From: Desulfurivibrionaceae bacterium
GTDB taxonomy: Bacteria; Desulfobacterota; Desulfobulbia; Desulfobulbales; SURF-16
NCBI GenBank assembly: GCA_046537975.1
Contig: JBKHJR010000001.1
Coordinates: forward strand, 64,688-128,687
Direction: 5' to 3'
Length of the DNA: 64,000 nt
Made by a program: the position numbers and the translations under genes. Of this stretch, positions 8,823 to 17,463 are shown in pieces; position 1 is the stretch's first letter, and each line of letters starts with the position of its first letter. Under the pieces are notes generated by a model that was not told the origin of the DNA, made no database searches, and was given only the letters and a program-made list of their open reading frames with translations.

Positions 8823-10967
8823 ATGGATGGTGTGACCTTTGCTCTGGCCTTGATCCTGGGAATGGGATTTGTGGCCTCCAAGCTTGCCCAGCTCCTGCGT
8901 CTTCCCTCGGTAACCGGCTATATTCTGGCCGGTATTGCCTTGGGACCCAGTGGATTGAATCTTATAACCCAGGGCATGGTTGAAGACGAGCTCAGTCATT
9001 TTATCCAGATCGCCCTGATGCTTATTGCTTTTGGGATAGGTGAGCATCTCGAATTAAATAAACTGCGCCATACCATAAAAAGTGTCGGCCTTATCAGCTT
9101 CTGCGAGAGCAGTGCGACCCTGCTGCTGGTTACAGCCGGCATTTTTCTGACTCTCCTGTTAATTGGTCCTCCTCAAGCGGTCTGGAACCTGACTGATTAT
9201 ATCTATGTCTCCCTGCTTTTAGGGGCGGTTTCCATTGCCACAGCCCCGGCCAGTACCCTGCACGTCATAAGGGAGATAAGGGCTTCAGGGCCGATGACCA
9301 CCACTTTGCTTCAGGTGGTGGTTGTCAATAACAGCCTGGCTATCATCGTCTTCGGAGTCGTCGTTTCCCTGGTGGATAAATTAATCAGCGGCGGAACCGA
9401 TCTCGGGATCCCATTGCTGGTTACTATTGTTTCCGGCAGTCTTGCCAACGTTCTGGTCTCCCTGTTTATGGGAGTGATCACCGGACTTTTGATTGATTTT
9501 ACCATCAATCGGCTCAAGTATCGCAGTGAAATACTTATTGCCGGACTCTCCCTCCTTCTCCTTTGCGGTGAGACAGCCCGTGCTCTGGAATACTCGCCGC
9601 TCCTGGCCGGCATAGCAGCAGGTTTCATCATTGTTAATCGCAATCTCCGGGACGTCAGGCTGTTCCGGGTTCTGAATTATTTTGAACCACCTATCTATGT
9701 ACTATTCTTTGCTCTGGCCGGAGCTCACCTTGATCTTACCCTTTTTTCCACTGCCGGCCTTCTGGGCTTCAGCTATTTTCTTTTCCGGGCCGCCGGCAAG
9801 TATATGGGAGCCAGGCTGGGTTCCAGCCTGACCGCTTCCTCCCATGCAATACGCAACAATATCGGCCTGGCCCTGATTCCCCAGGCAGGAATCGCCATCG
9901 GTCTGGTCTTTTTGATGCAGAATTTTTCCAATCTCCAAGCATATGTATCCACCATAACCACAGTGGTTCTGGCCGGCGTCTTTCTCTCGGAACTGATCGG
10001 GCCGGTTTTAGCCAAATGTGCCATGGAGGCGGTCGGGGAGGCTGTGGCCCTAAGAGATGAAGTGCAAAGACCGCCCTCCCGGGACATCTGCCCCCTGCCC
10101 TGGAAAAAGGAGGAGTTCCAGTTGGTTCCCTGGACTTGGGAACGCCTGGAACAGGCAAGAAATCCCAGCGGAGAGGTTCTTTTTGGACTTTCCCATATGA
10201 AGACGACCGGAGGACTTACCCGGATAGCCACTATCCTGGCCCATCATGCCCGTGCCATTCCGGTGGCAGTCAGGGTTAACCCTTATGATCCGTCTGTAAA
10301 TCAGCTCGAGCATCTGGAAGAGAGCCAGAATCTTTTCAGAGGCGCCATAGACGAGGCCTTCAGTATGGGATACCGACTGGAGACGCTCACCGTTCATTCG
10401 CATGACATTGCCGAAGGTATCCTGGAAGCGGCTGCTTTGGCCGATACCAGAATGATTCTTCTGGGTCACCCCAAGACTCAGCCAACCAAGCGTCTGCAGT
10501 ATGTTGTGGATAAGGTGGCAGCCAGGGCAACCTGCCCGGTGGTGGTGGTCAGATTTGCCGGGGTCTTGCATACGGAAAGAATTATTGTACCCCTGACCGG
10601 TATCGAAGAGTTGGAGAACTTGCAGGATGTAATCTCTTCTCTTGCTGCGATCGGCCGTCATAAAATTACTTTCTTTTACCTGATGCCGCCGGAGACTCCG
10701 GAAAATGAGCAGGAAGAGGCCAAAAAACAACTCCTGACCTGGGCCGAAGAAGAACTGTCTACTGCAGTTCAGGCCAAAATCGCCGCAACCGAAGCCCGCC
10801 TGGCCTCAATTGCCGAGGAGGCGGAGTATTATGATCTGGTGGTTATGGATGCTACCCCGGTGCATGGGCTGAAGCGGATTTTTTTCGGTTCTCTGGCTGA
10901 AAACGTGGCCCAGCAATGTGACAAGAATATTCTGATGGTGCACCGCAGAAAGAAGAGCCAGGGTTAA
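8823..10967 (+). CDS. CPA2-family cation:proton antiporter fused to tandem universal-stress-protein-like domains
   Basis: The N-terminal ~400 aa are polytopic ([22 protein letters not shown], typical Kef/NhaP-type start). The C-terminal ~280 aa contain two USP-like halves (ILLGHP..., CPVVVVR, LVVMDA...NILMVH). Confidence 0.8.
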   Translation: MDGVTFALALILGMGFVASKLAQLLRLPSVTGYILAGIALGPSGLNLITQGMVEDELSHFIQIALMLIAFGIGEHLELNKLRHTIKSVGLISFCESSATLLLVTAGIFLTLLLIGPPQAVWNLTDYIYVSLLLGAVSIATAPASTLHVIREIRASGPMTTTLLQVVVVNNSLAIIVFGVVVSLVDKLISGGTDLGIPLLVTIVSGSLANVLVSLFMGVITGLLIDFTINRLKYRSEILIAGLSLLLLCGETARALEYSPLLAGIAAGFIIVNRNLRDVRLFRVLNYFEPPIYVLFFALAGAHLDLTLFSTAGLLGFSYFLFRAAGKYMGARLGSSLTASSHAIRNNIGLALIPQAGIAIGLVFLMQNFSNLQAYVSTITTVVLAGVFLSELIGPVLAKCAMEAVGEAVALRDEVQRPPSRDICPLPWKKEEFQLVPWTWERLEQARNPSGEVLFGLSHMKTTGGLTRIATILAHHARAIPVAVRVNPYDPSVNQLEHLEESQNLFRGAIDEAFSMGYRLETLTVHSHDIAEGILEAAALADTRMILLGHPKTQPTKRLQYVVDKVAARATCPVVVVRFAGVLHTERIIVPLTGIEELENLQDVISSLAAIGRHKITFFYLMPPETPENEQEEAKKQLLTWAEEELSTAVQAKIAATEARLASIAEEAEYYDLVVMDATPVHGLKRIFFGSLAENVAQQCDKNILMVHRRKKSQG

Positions 10968-11010
10968 ACATTTTACGCAGCAGTTATTCCCATTTAAGGG
11001 GGGTGAGGAC

Positions 11011-11742
11011 ATGCCGGTCCACAGTGATGTAAATGACATATCTTTAGCTGACCATGGTGAAGCCCGCATTGAATGGGCTCTGAAGGAAATGCCTGTCGTC
11101 CGGAACCTGATGGAGAGATTTGCCCGGGAAAAACCTCTGGCCGGGGGGATTGCCATGCGGGCCAAAGGACTTGGCGCTAACGTAGTAGTAACCGAAGTCG
11201 AGCCCCTGCGGGCTCTGGAAGCTGCCATGGACGGCTATCGGGTTATGCCTATGCTGGAAGCAGCGACGATCTCCGATTTCATCATCAGCGCCACGGGGGA
11301 CAAAAATGTGGTTGATAAGGCCCATTTTGAAGTGATGAAGGATGGCTGCGTGGTCGCAAATTCAGGTCATTTCAATGTAGAGATCAATATCCCCGCTTTG
11401 GAGGAAATGGCGATAAGAAAGGAACAGCCCCGGGAATACGTGGATGAATACTACCTGCCTTCGGGGCGCACTGTCCGCCTGTTGGCCAGGGGAAGACTGG
11501 TTAATCTGGCAGCTGCCGAAGGTCATCCCGCCGCGGTAATGGACATGAGTTTCGCCAACCAAGCACTCTGTGCCGAATTCCTCTGCAACAATAAAACGGG
11601 CCTGGAAAACAGGGTGCATCCTGTCCCGGGTCCAATCGACCGGAAGATTGCCGGCTTGAAGCTTGAGGCAATGAAGATCGGCATTGATAAACTGACTGAT
11701 GAGCAGACCAGGTATTTAGCCTCCTGGAAGGAGGGAACCTGA
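11011..11742 (+). pseudogene. ahcY: Adenosylhomocysteinase with a large in-frame internal deletion
   Basis: The N-terminus ([37 protein letters not shown]) joins directly to the late NAD-domain sequence ([20 protein letters not shown]...). Only 243 aa remain versus about 415-475 for the family. The C-terminus is intact ([24 protein letters not shown]...YLASWKEGT). Confidence 0.75.
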
Positions 11743-12032
11743 CAGTTCATGAACGGGGCGGTTGAATTTATCGGCACGGAATCTTTAGGAGGCCGCGGTT
11801 TAAGTTGTTCTATTAAAGCGGGATAGATGGATCGTCATTGATCCGGAAGCGGCGCTTGGTTACCTCCGGCATGGTTTACTTCCCCACCCGCTCCAGGTTG
11901 CAGAAGGTGAACGGGCGCGCCGGCGGCAAACATTATCCTGTTTTCCATATCCCGCCTTTAACAATTGTAGTTTGAATAAAGATAAATTTAAGCCTATAAT
12001 TTTGGTGAGACATTTTCCTATCTTAAATCCTG

Positions 12033-12452
12033 ATGGTTAAATATATGATACCCCGTTCAGTTAAGATTCTTATCCTGGTCCATATAATCATCAGCTTGGT
12101 GGGGATGGCTGCCCATCTTGATCAACACCCGCCCGGCCAAAGTCTTTTTTTCTGGTGGCCGGTCCTGGGGGGAGTCGTCAGTCTGGTTGTAGTGCCCCTC
12201 CTTTATGCCAGACCCGCTACTGTGGCCTGGGGCTTTCTGTTCAACGCCATGTTCGTGGTCATCGGCACCCTGGGTATGGCCTATTTCTTGCTTATTACCT
12301 TTGAAGGTTCTTTAACCTTTTATCGACTGATCACTGAATCCACTCTGCCCAAGATTTTCCTTTTATGGACGAGGCTGCTGGTAGCCTGGTTTATTCTGAC
12401 TGAAATGGAAGCACTGAAGATAAGCACGGCGGATGGAGGTTGCCTGGAGTGA
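12033..12452 (+). CDS. Small integral membrane protein (4 predicted TM helices)
   Basis: 139-aa hydrophobic ORF. Its TGA (12450-12452) overlaps the GTG (12449) of the next gene in a GTGA arrangement. Confidence 0.5.
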   Translation: MVKYMIPRSVKILILVHIIISLVGMAAHLDQHPPGQSLFFWWPVLGGVVSLVVVPLLYARPATVAWGFLFNAMFVVIGTLGMAYFLLITFEGSLTFYRLITESTLPKIFLLWTRLLVAWFILTEMEALKISTADGGCLE

Positions 12453-13816
12453 CTGGAAAAACAGCGGTGCAGGCAGAAATTTTGTCCCCGACCAGGCGCA
12501 TCCTCCTGGGCAGCCTGTTCATCATGCTGGTTGTCCTGCTGTTGATCTGTGCCGCCGGCATACCTTTTGTTTTTGAATCCCAATCCCTGCGCTATAAACT
12601 GGGAATAGACAAGACCCTGCTGCGCACAGGTAAGGTGTTGGGCATACTCGCCGCTGTTCTTCTGCTCCTGCAGCTCGTTCTCAGTGCCCGTTTAAAGGTA
12701 CTGGATAATATATATGGGCTGAACAGACTCTATATTGTCCACCGGATAAGCGCTGTAACAGTTGCCGTCCTGGCAGTCCTGCATCCCTTCTTTGTCTTTG
12801 CCCCGGAAGATATAACCAGCCTGCCCCCGGAGCTCAAATTCTGGCCTGAAATCCTGGGGGCTGCCCTGCTGCTGACCATCTGGACCATTACCTCCACCGC
12901 TCTTTTCCGGCGCTTCCTTGACCTGCCGTTTAATCTCTGGTGGCTCGCTCACCGGGCTGCGACTTTTATTGCTGTGGTTTTTCTGTTTGTCCATGTCCTC
13001 TTTGTCAGCGACACCTTTGAACAGGGGCTGCCCCGCTCGATTGTGCTGGGCGCCGCTGGATGCTGGACTGTGATTTTCGGCTGGGTAAAGCTCAAGCCTT
13101 TTCTTCATAAAAGAAAGCCCTATACGGTCAGTGAAGTGGAAAAGGCGGCCCGGAACACTTATTCGGTCACCCTTGAGCCGCAGCACGGCAGTGTTTTATC
13201 CTATCTTCCCGGTCAGTTTGTCTTTGTTTCCTTCAAAGCTGAAAATCTTCCGGCAGAAGAGCATCCTTTCACCCTATCCTCATCCCCGACCCGGCCCCAG
13301 TCCCTGCAGTTCTCTATCCACTGCAGCGGTGACTGGACCAGGAAGATCGGCCTGCTCAATGCAGGAGAGACCGCGGTGCTGGCCGGTCCTTACGGCCTGT
13401 TCAGCCATTTGGTTAGGGCAGGCCGTAGGGAAATCGTCATGATTGCCGGCGGTATCGGCATCACGCCTATGCTGAGCATGCTGCGTTACATGGCGGATAC
13501 AGGCGACACCAGGCGAATAACCCTGATCTGGAGTAACCGGACCCGGGAGGACAAAGTCTATGGCCAGGAATTTCGCGGCCTGGAAGAACGGCTTCCCGGA
13601 CTGCGGCTCATTGACGTTTTTACTCGGGAAGATGGTCAGGAAGAGGCATCCGGACGGCTGGACCGGGGGATGCTGGCAAGGCTTCTGGCTGACTGCGATC
13701 GGCGGGCCGTGGCTTTTATCTGCGGTCCACCCCGGATGATGAAGGAGATAAAGAGTATTATGGTCCGGCTCGGCTTCAAGCGGGGCTTTATCCACCTGGA
13801 GGAGTTTGCCCTGTAG
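12449..13816 (+). CDS. Ferric-reductase/NADPH-oxidase-like flavocytochrome (heme-b TM domain plus FAD and NAD(P)H domains)
   Basis: Two His pairs 14 residues apart in TM helices (HRISAVTVAVLAVLH and HRAATFIAVVFLFVH). FAD motif HPFTLSS and NAD motif GGIGITPMLSML. GGAGG RBS before GTG 12449. Confidence 0.8.
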   Translation: MTGKTAVQAEILSPTRRILLGSLFIMLVVLLLICAAGIPFVFESQSLRYKLGIDKTLLRTGKVLGILAAVLLLLQLVLSARLKVLDNIYGLNRLYIVHRISAVTVAVLAVLHPFFVFAPEDITSLPPELKFWPEILGAALLLTIWTITSTALFRRFLDLPFNLWWLAHRAATFIAVVFLFVHVLFVSDTFEQGLPRSIVLGAAGCWTVIFGWVKLKPFLHKRKPYTVSEVEKAARNTYSVTLEPQHGSVLSYLPGQFVFVSFKAENLPAEEHPFTLSSSPTRPQSLQFSIHCSGDWTRKIGLLNAGETAVLAGPYGLFSHLVRAGRREIVMIAGGIGITPMLSMLRYMADTGDTRRITLIWSNRTREDKVYGQEFRGLEERLPGLRLIDVFTREDGQEEASGRLDRGMLARLLADCDRRAVAFICGPPRMMKEIKSIMVRLGFKRGFIHLEEFAL

Positions 13817-13899
13817 AAAGCCTGGATTAATCGGTGTACTCTAAACAATAAAGAATAGGTAATCTGTTATAAATTGACGAAATAAAAAGGAGGCCTACC

Positions 13900-14499
13900 A
13901 TGATTAAAAAAACCGCCATCTTGCTTTTTGTTTTTGCTGTCCTGTTTTTGTCCGGTCGGCAGATCCAGGCCGCAGCCACTGAATGGAGGTTTGATCCTAT
14001 CCATTCCAACTTCTATTTTGAAATTGATCATACCTATGCCACGGTGCGGGGATTTTTTGACGATTTTTCCGGCACCTTCCAATTTGATCCGGATAACCTG
14101 AAAGACAGCAGAATAGTCTTTCAGGTGGAAACCAAAAGCGTCAATACCAATGAGCGGAAAAGGGATAATCATCTGCGTACCGATGAATTTCTTAATGTCA
14201 AAAAATATCCCATGATGACCTTTAAAAGCCGCGAGATCACCAAAGCCGGGGACAGTGAATACGAAATTGACGGTGAGCTGACCATAAAAGATGTAACCAG
14301 ATCTGTTACTCTTAATCTTCATTATTCAGGCATGCAGGAAAATCCCCTGGAACCCGGGCAGACCATAGCTGGTTTCGAGTCCCGTCTGACCATTGATCGT
14401 TTTGATTATAATGTTGGCACCGGCAAATTTTATGAAATGGGAGTGGTGGGCAGGGACGTTGATATTCTGATTACCCTGGAAATGGTGCGTGAGGACTGA
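13900..14499 (+). CDS. YceI-family periplasmic polyisoprenoid-binding protein
   Basis: Signal peptide followed by a YceI-like core (WRFDPIHSNFYFEIDHTYATVRGFFDDFSG...RDNHLRTDEFLNVKKYPMMTF). AGGAGG RBS. Confidence 0.85.
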   Translation: MIKKTAILLFVFAVLFLSGRQIQAAATEWRFDPIHSNFYFEIDHTYATVRGFFDDFSGTFQFDPDNLKDSRIVFQVETKSVNTNERKRDNHLRTDEFLNVKKYPMMTFKSREITKAGDSEYEIDGELTIKDVTRSVTLNLHYSGMQENPLEPGQTIAGFESRLTIDRFDYNVGTGKFYEMGVVGRDVDILITLEMVRED

Positions 14500-14546
14500 C
14501 CGCAAATCCTGCAGGCTGTTCGCTGTCTGGTCCTTTCCACCCTTGC

Positions 14547-14572
14547 CCGGCATTGACCGGCCGGATTTTTTT
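14547..14572 (+). terminator. Possible intrinsic terminator after yceI
   Basis: CCGGC (14547-14551) pairs with GCCGG (14560-14564) across an 8-nt loop, followed by a T7 run. The stem is short. Confidence 0.4.
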
Positions 14573-14592
14573 GCAGGCCTTGGTATATCATT

Positions 14593-14663
14593 AGAGATTG
14601 GCAGACGGATTATTTCATCCCGTCTTTCACGGCGGTGATTATCAGCTGTATATGCCAATCTCT
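14593..14663. repeat. 71-bp element bounded by a perfect 11-bp inverted repeat (AGAGATTGGCA / TGCCAATCTCT)
   Basis: Arms at 14593-14603 and 14653-14663. An inner GACGG...CCGTC hairpin is also present. It lies in the AT-rich leader upstream of the split-ATPase operon. Confidence 0.6.
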
Positions 14664-14880
14664 TTACCATTTGCCCTCCAATTGCCTTAAATAATTAACT
14701 GGTCAATGTCCTCTTTTCTTTTCCCGAGATTATTTGTTATCCTGCTCCACTATCACCGGTAATCTTTTACTTTAAAGGGTGCTTGGCAAAATAAATTTAG
14801 GGCGGTAATAAGATGATTAAGTTAAAATTATCGGTTTAAGATATTCTTTCCGGAAAGAAAAAAATAAGCTGTTTTTTACC

Positions 14881-16209
14881 ATGATCAGCCGCATAGAACT
14901 GAAAAATTTCATGTCCCATCCCCATACTGTGATTGAACCGGCCGAGGGACTCACGGTATTGGTGGGCGACAACAACACCGGCAAATCCGCGGTGATCAAT
15001 GCCCTCCAGGTGTTGTGCGCCAATCTCTCCGGCGACTACATGGTTCGGCACGGGGCAAAGGAGTGCCTGGTCCGGGTGGAGACCGGTGAGGGGCACGAAC
15101 TGGAGTGGCGGAGAAAGGGTAAGGTGGTCAGTTACAGGATTAACGGCCGGGATATCCACAGGCTGGGGGGCGCGGTTCCGGAAGATCTTCACGACCTGTT
15201 GCGACTCCCCCGAGTGGAAGCGGAAAACGAGACCTTTGATATTCATTTCGGTGAACAGAAGGACCCCATATTTCTGCTGAACACCTCTCCGGGCAAACGG
15301 GCCGCCTTTTTCGCCTCCTCTTCGGACACCATAAAGCTCATTGAGATGCAGGGCCTTCATAAAAGGCGGGTTCAGGATGCTAAGGGCCGGGAGGGCAGAC
15401 TGGTCAGGGAAGAGGAACGCTATAAAAAAAGGCTGGAGAAGCTGGCTCCGGTGGAGGTTATAAATGACAGGCTGAACACCCTGGAAGCTGATTACAAGGC
15501 CCTTGACCAGCGTCTTGCCGGGATCGCTGAACTCGGGCGGATAATCGGGGATCTGGCCGGGGCGGGACAACAGGTCAGGCGTTGGCAGGATGTGTTGGGG
15601 ACAATCGAGGGGCTTCCTCAGCCCCCGGTTCTGGAAGACAGCGTCTCTTTGGCCGAGACTCTAAGGAAGATGGAAAAAATCAGGATAAGTATCCTGCATA
15701 GAAAGGAGCAGAGCAGGATTCTCAGCAGTCTGACCGGGCCACCGGAAATATTTGATACACCCGGTCTGAGAGACATGCTCGTCAGGCTCCGGAAATACAG
15801 TCTTGAGATCAGCCGGGAAGAGGAGCGGACCTCTGTTCTTGAAAACTGCCCCCAGCCTCCGGTAATGGAGGATCCTGGTGCTTTAAGTGAGTTAATTAGA
15901 AAAATGGCCGAGGCCGGACAGGAGGTCAGGTCCCAGGCGGAGGTCGAATCCTGTCTTTCCGTTCTGGAACAGCCCCCGGAACTGTTTGATGTTTCGGGAC
16001 TCAGGGATTATCTGGCCATAAGGGACAAGGCGGAAAAGGACAGGCGGAACCGGCAGGCCGAGTTTGCAAAGGCAAAGCAGGAAGTTAAGCAGGCGGAGAA
16101 GGATTTCCGGGAGTTTATCGACCGCACCGGGATCTGTCCCACCTGCGGTCAGGATATGGATTTTAACAGGCTGTTGAGCACGGTTATCCCGGAAGGAGAA
16201 CAGTCATGA
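14881..16209 (+). CDS. SMC/Rad50/SbcC-like ATPase, N-terminal head half (Walker A) with a long coiled coil ending in a CPTC zinc-hook-like motif
   Basis: MISRIELKNFMSH...VLVGDNNTGKSAVINAL gives the ABC/SMC N-terminus and P-loop. About 270 aa of charged heptad-rich sequence follow. GICPTCGQ sits at residues 417-424, and the protein ends 18 aa later. Confidence 0.8.
   Translation: MISRIELKNFMSHPHTVIEPAEGLTVLVGDNNTGKSAVINALQVLCANLSGDYMVRHGAKECLVRVETGEGHELEWRRKGKVVSYRINGRDIHRLGGAVPEDLHDLLRLPRVEAENETFDIHFGEQKDPIFLLNTSPGKRAAFFASSSDTIKLIEMQGLHKRRVQDAKGREGRLVREEERYKKRLEKLAPVEVINDRLNTLEADYKALDQRLAGIAELGRIIGDLAGAGQQVRRWQDVLGTIEGLPQPPVLEDSVSLAETLRKMEKIRISILHRKEQSRILSSLTGPPEIFDTPGLRDMLVRLRKYSLEISREEERTSVLENCPQPPVMEDPGALSELIRKMAEAGQEVRSQAEVESCLSVLEQPPELFDVSGLRDYLAIRDKAEKDRRNRQAEFAKAKQEVKQAEKDFREFIDRTGICPTCGQDMDFNRLLSTVIPEGEQS
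15616..16083 (+). repeat. Tandem duplication of a 78-codon (234-bp) unit inside the coiled-coil arm
   Basis: Unit 1 is PQPPVLED..L.E.LRKM...PPEIFDTPGLRDML. Unit 2 is PQPPVMED..L.ELIRKM...PPELFDVSGLRDYL. Register is the same, with about 40% identity over the first ~56 residues. Confidence 0.7.
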
Positions 16210-17165
16210 AGGAGATTTTTACCAGCGATGACTATCAGGGACTCCTGGCCATCGGCGATCCTCATTTAGAAGGAAGGGTCCCCGGTTTCCGCCGGGACGA
16301 CTATCCCGGGGTGATTCTGGAGAAACTGCGCTGGGCCCTGGATTATGCCCGACAGGAAAATCTTTTGCCTCTTCTTTTGGGAGATATCTTTCATCTGCCC
16401 AGGAACAATCCCAATTGGCTGCTGGTCAAAGTTATTCAGCTTCTCAACCGGGAGATTGTGGGTATTTACGGTAATCATGATGTCCATGAGAACCGGATAG
16501 GCCAGGACGACAGCATTAGCGTGGTTGCGGAGTCCGGTCGGATAATCCTGCTGGATACCGAGACCGTGGTCAAGACCAGGATCAGGAACCGGGAAGTGAT
16601 TATCGGAGGCACGCCTTGGGGATGTAAACTGCCCGATGGTCTGGATCTTTCCGGTAGTAGGGATAGCGGACCTTCGGTGATCTGGCTCTGTCATCACGAT
16701 CTCAAGGTCCCGGGCTATGAAGAACAGGGCTATATCCGGCCCCGGGAGCTGTCCGGAATAGATCTGGTGGTCAACGGCCACATCCATCGTCATCTGGAAG
16801 AAGTTCGCAAGGGAGAGACCCTCTGGCTGACCCCGGGCAGCATCAGCCGGCGGGCCAGAAGTGATGCCGCCCGGAGCCACCGGCCTTCGGTCCTGCTCCT
16901 TGAACCCGGTGAGGATGACTGGTCTTATAAACGGCTGGAGGTGCCCCACCGTCCTTTTGAGGAGGTCTTTTATGACGCGGTGCTTGAAGAGGATAGTGAG
17001 GAAGAGGGTTCGGCCTTTGTGGCCGGCCTGGCTGAGCTTCAGGCCAGGAAAACCGAGACCGGGGCAGGACTGAAAAACTTTCTGGAAAAGAATTTGAGCC
17101 GATTTGATGAAGATATTGCCGGTGAAGTACTCCGGCTGGCAGAGGAGGTTACGGATAATGACTGA
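16206..17165 (+). CDS. Mre11/SbcD-like calcineurin-fold metallophosphoesterase
   Basis: Five phosphoesterase motifs in order: GDPH, GDIFH, GNHD, CHH and GHIHRH. Acidic helical C-terminal tail. The start overlaps the upstream stop (ATGA). Confidence 0.85.
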   Translation: MKEIFTSDDYQGLLAIGDPHLEGRVPGFRRDDYPGVILEKLRWALDYARQENLLPLLLGDIFHLPRNNPNWLLVKVIQLLNREIVGIYGNHDVHENRIGQDDSISVVAESGRIILLDTETVVKTRIRNREVIIGGTPWGCKLPDGLDLSGSRDSGPSVIWLCHHDLKVPGYEEQGYIRPRELSGIDLVVNGHIHRHLEEVRKGETLWLTPGSISRRARSDAARSHRPSVLLLEPGEDDWSYKRLEVPHRPFEEVFYDAVLEEDSEEEGSAFVAGLAELQARKTETGAGLKNFLEKNLSRFDEDIAGEVLRLAEEVTDND

Positions 17166-17463
17166 ACAGGAGAGCAGCAGAGAAACCATTGAGCAGCTCA
17201 CCAAACGCTATCAGAATCTGGATAAAAGGAAGACCACGGCCGAGGCTAACCTGGAAACCGCCGGTAGCCGTCTGGAAGAGCTCAAGAAAGAGGCTCGGGA
17301 AAAATACGGCACCGACGATCTGGAAGAGTTAAGAAAAAAACTTTCCGAGATGGAAACGGAAAACGAGAGAAAGAGGGCCGAGTATCAGGAGTCCCTGGAC
17401 CGGATCGAAAAGGATCTGGAAGAGGTGGAAAAGAAGTATAAGACGGAAGACAATGGAAGCTGA
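17158..17463 (+). CDS. Small (101 aa) all-coiled-coil protein
   Basis: MTEQESSRETIEQLTKRYQNLDKRKTTAEANLE... is highly charged and helical. ATG 17158 overlaps the previous stop by 8 nt, and its own stop overlaps the next start by 11 nt. Confidence 0.6.
   Translation: MTEQESSRETIEQLTKRYQNLDKRKTTAEANLETAGSRLEELKKEAREKYGTDDLEELRKKLSEMETENERKRAEYQESLDRIEKDLEEVEKKYKTEDNGS

Noticed and set aside
16266-17204. 312-aa minus-strand ORF
   Set aside because: Antisense to the metallophosphoesterase gene, whose five catalytic motifs clearly identify the plus-strand frame as coding.
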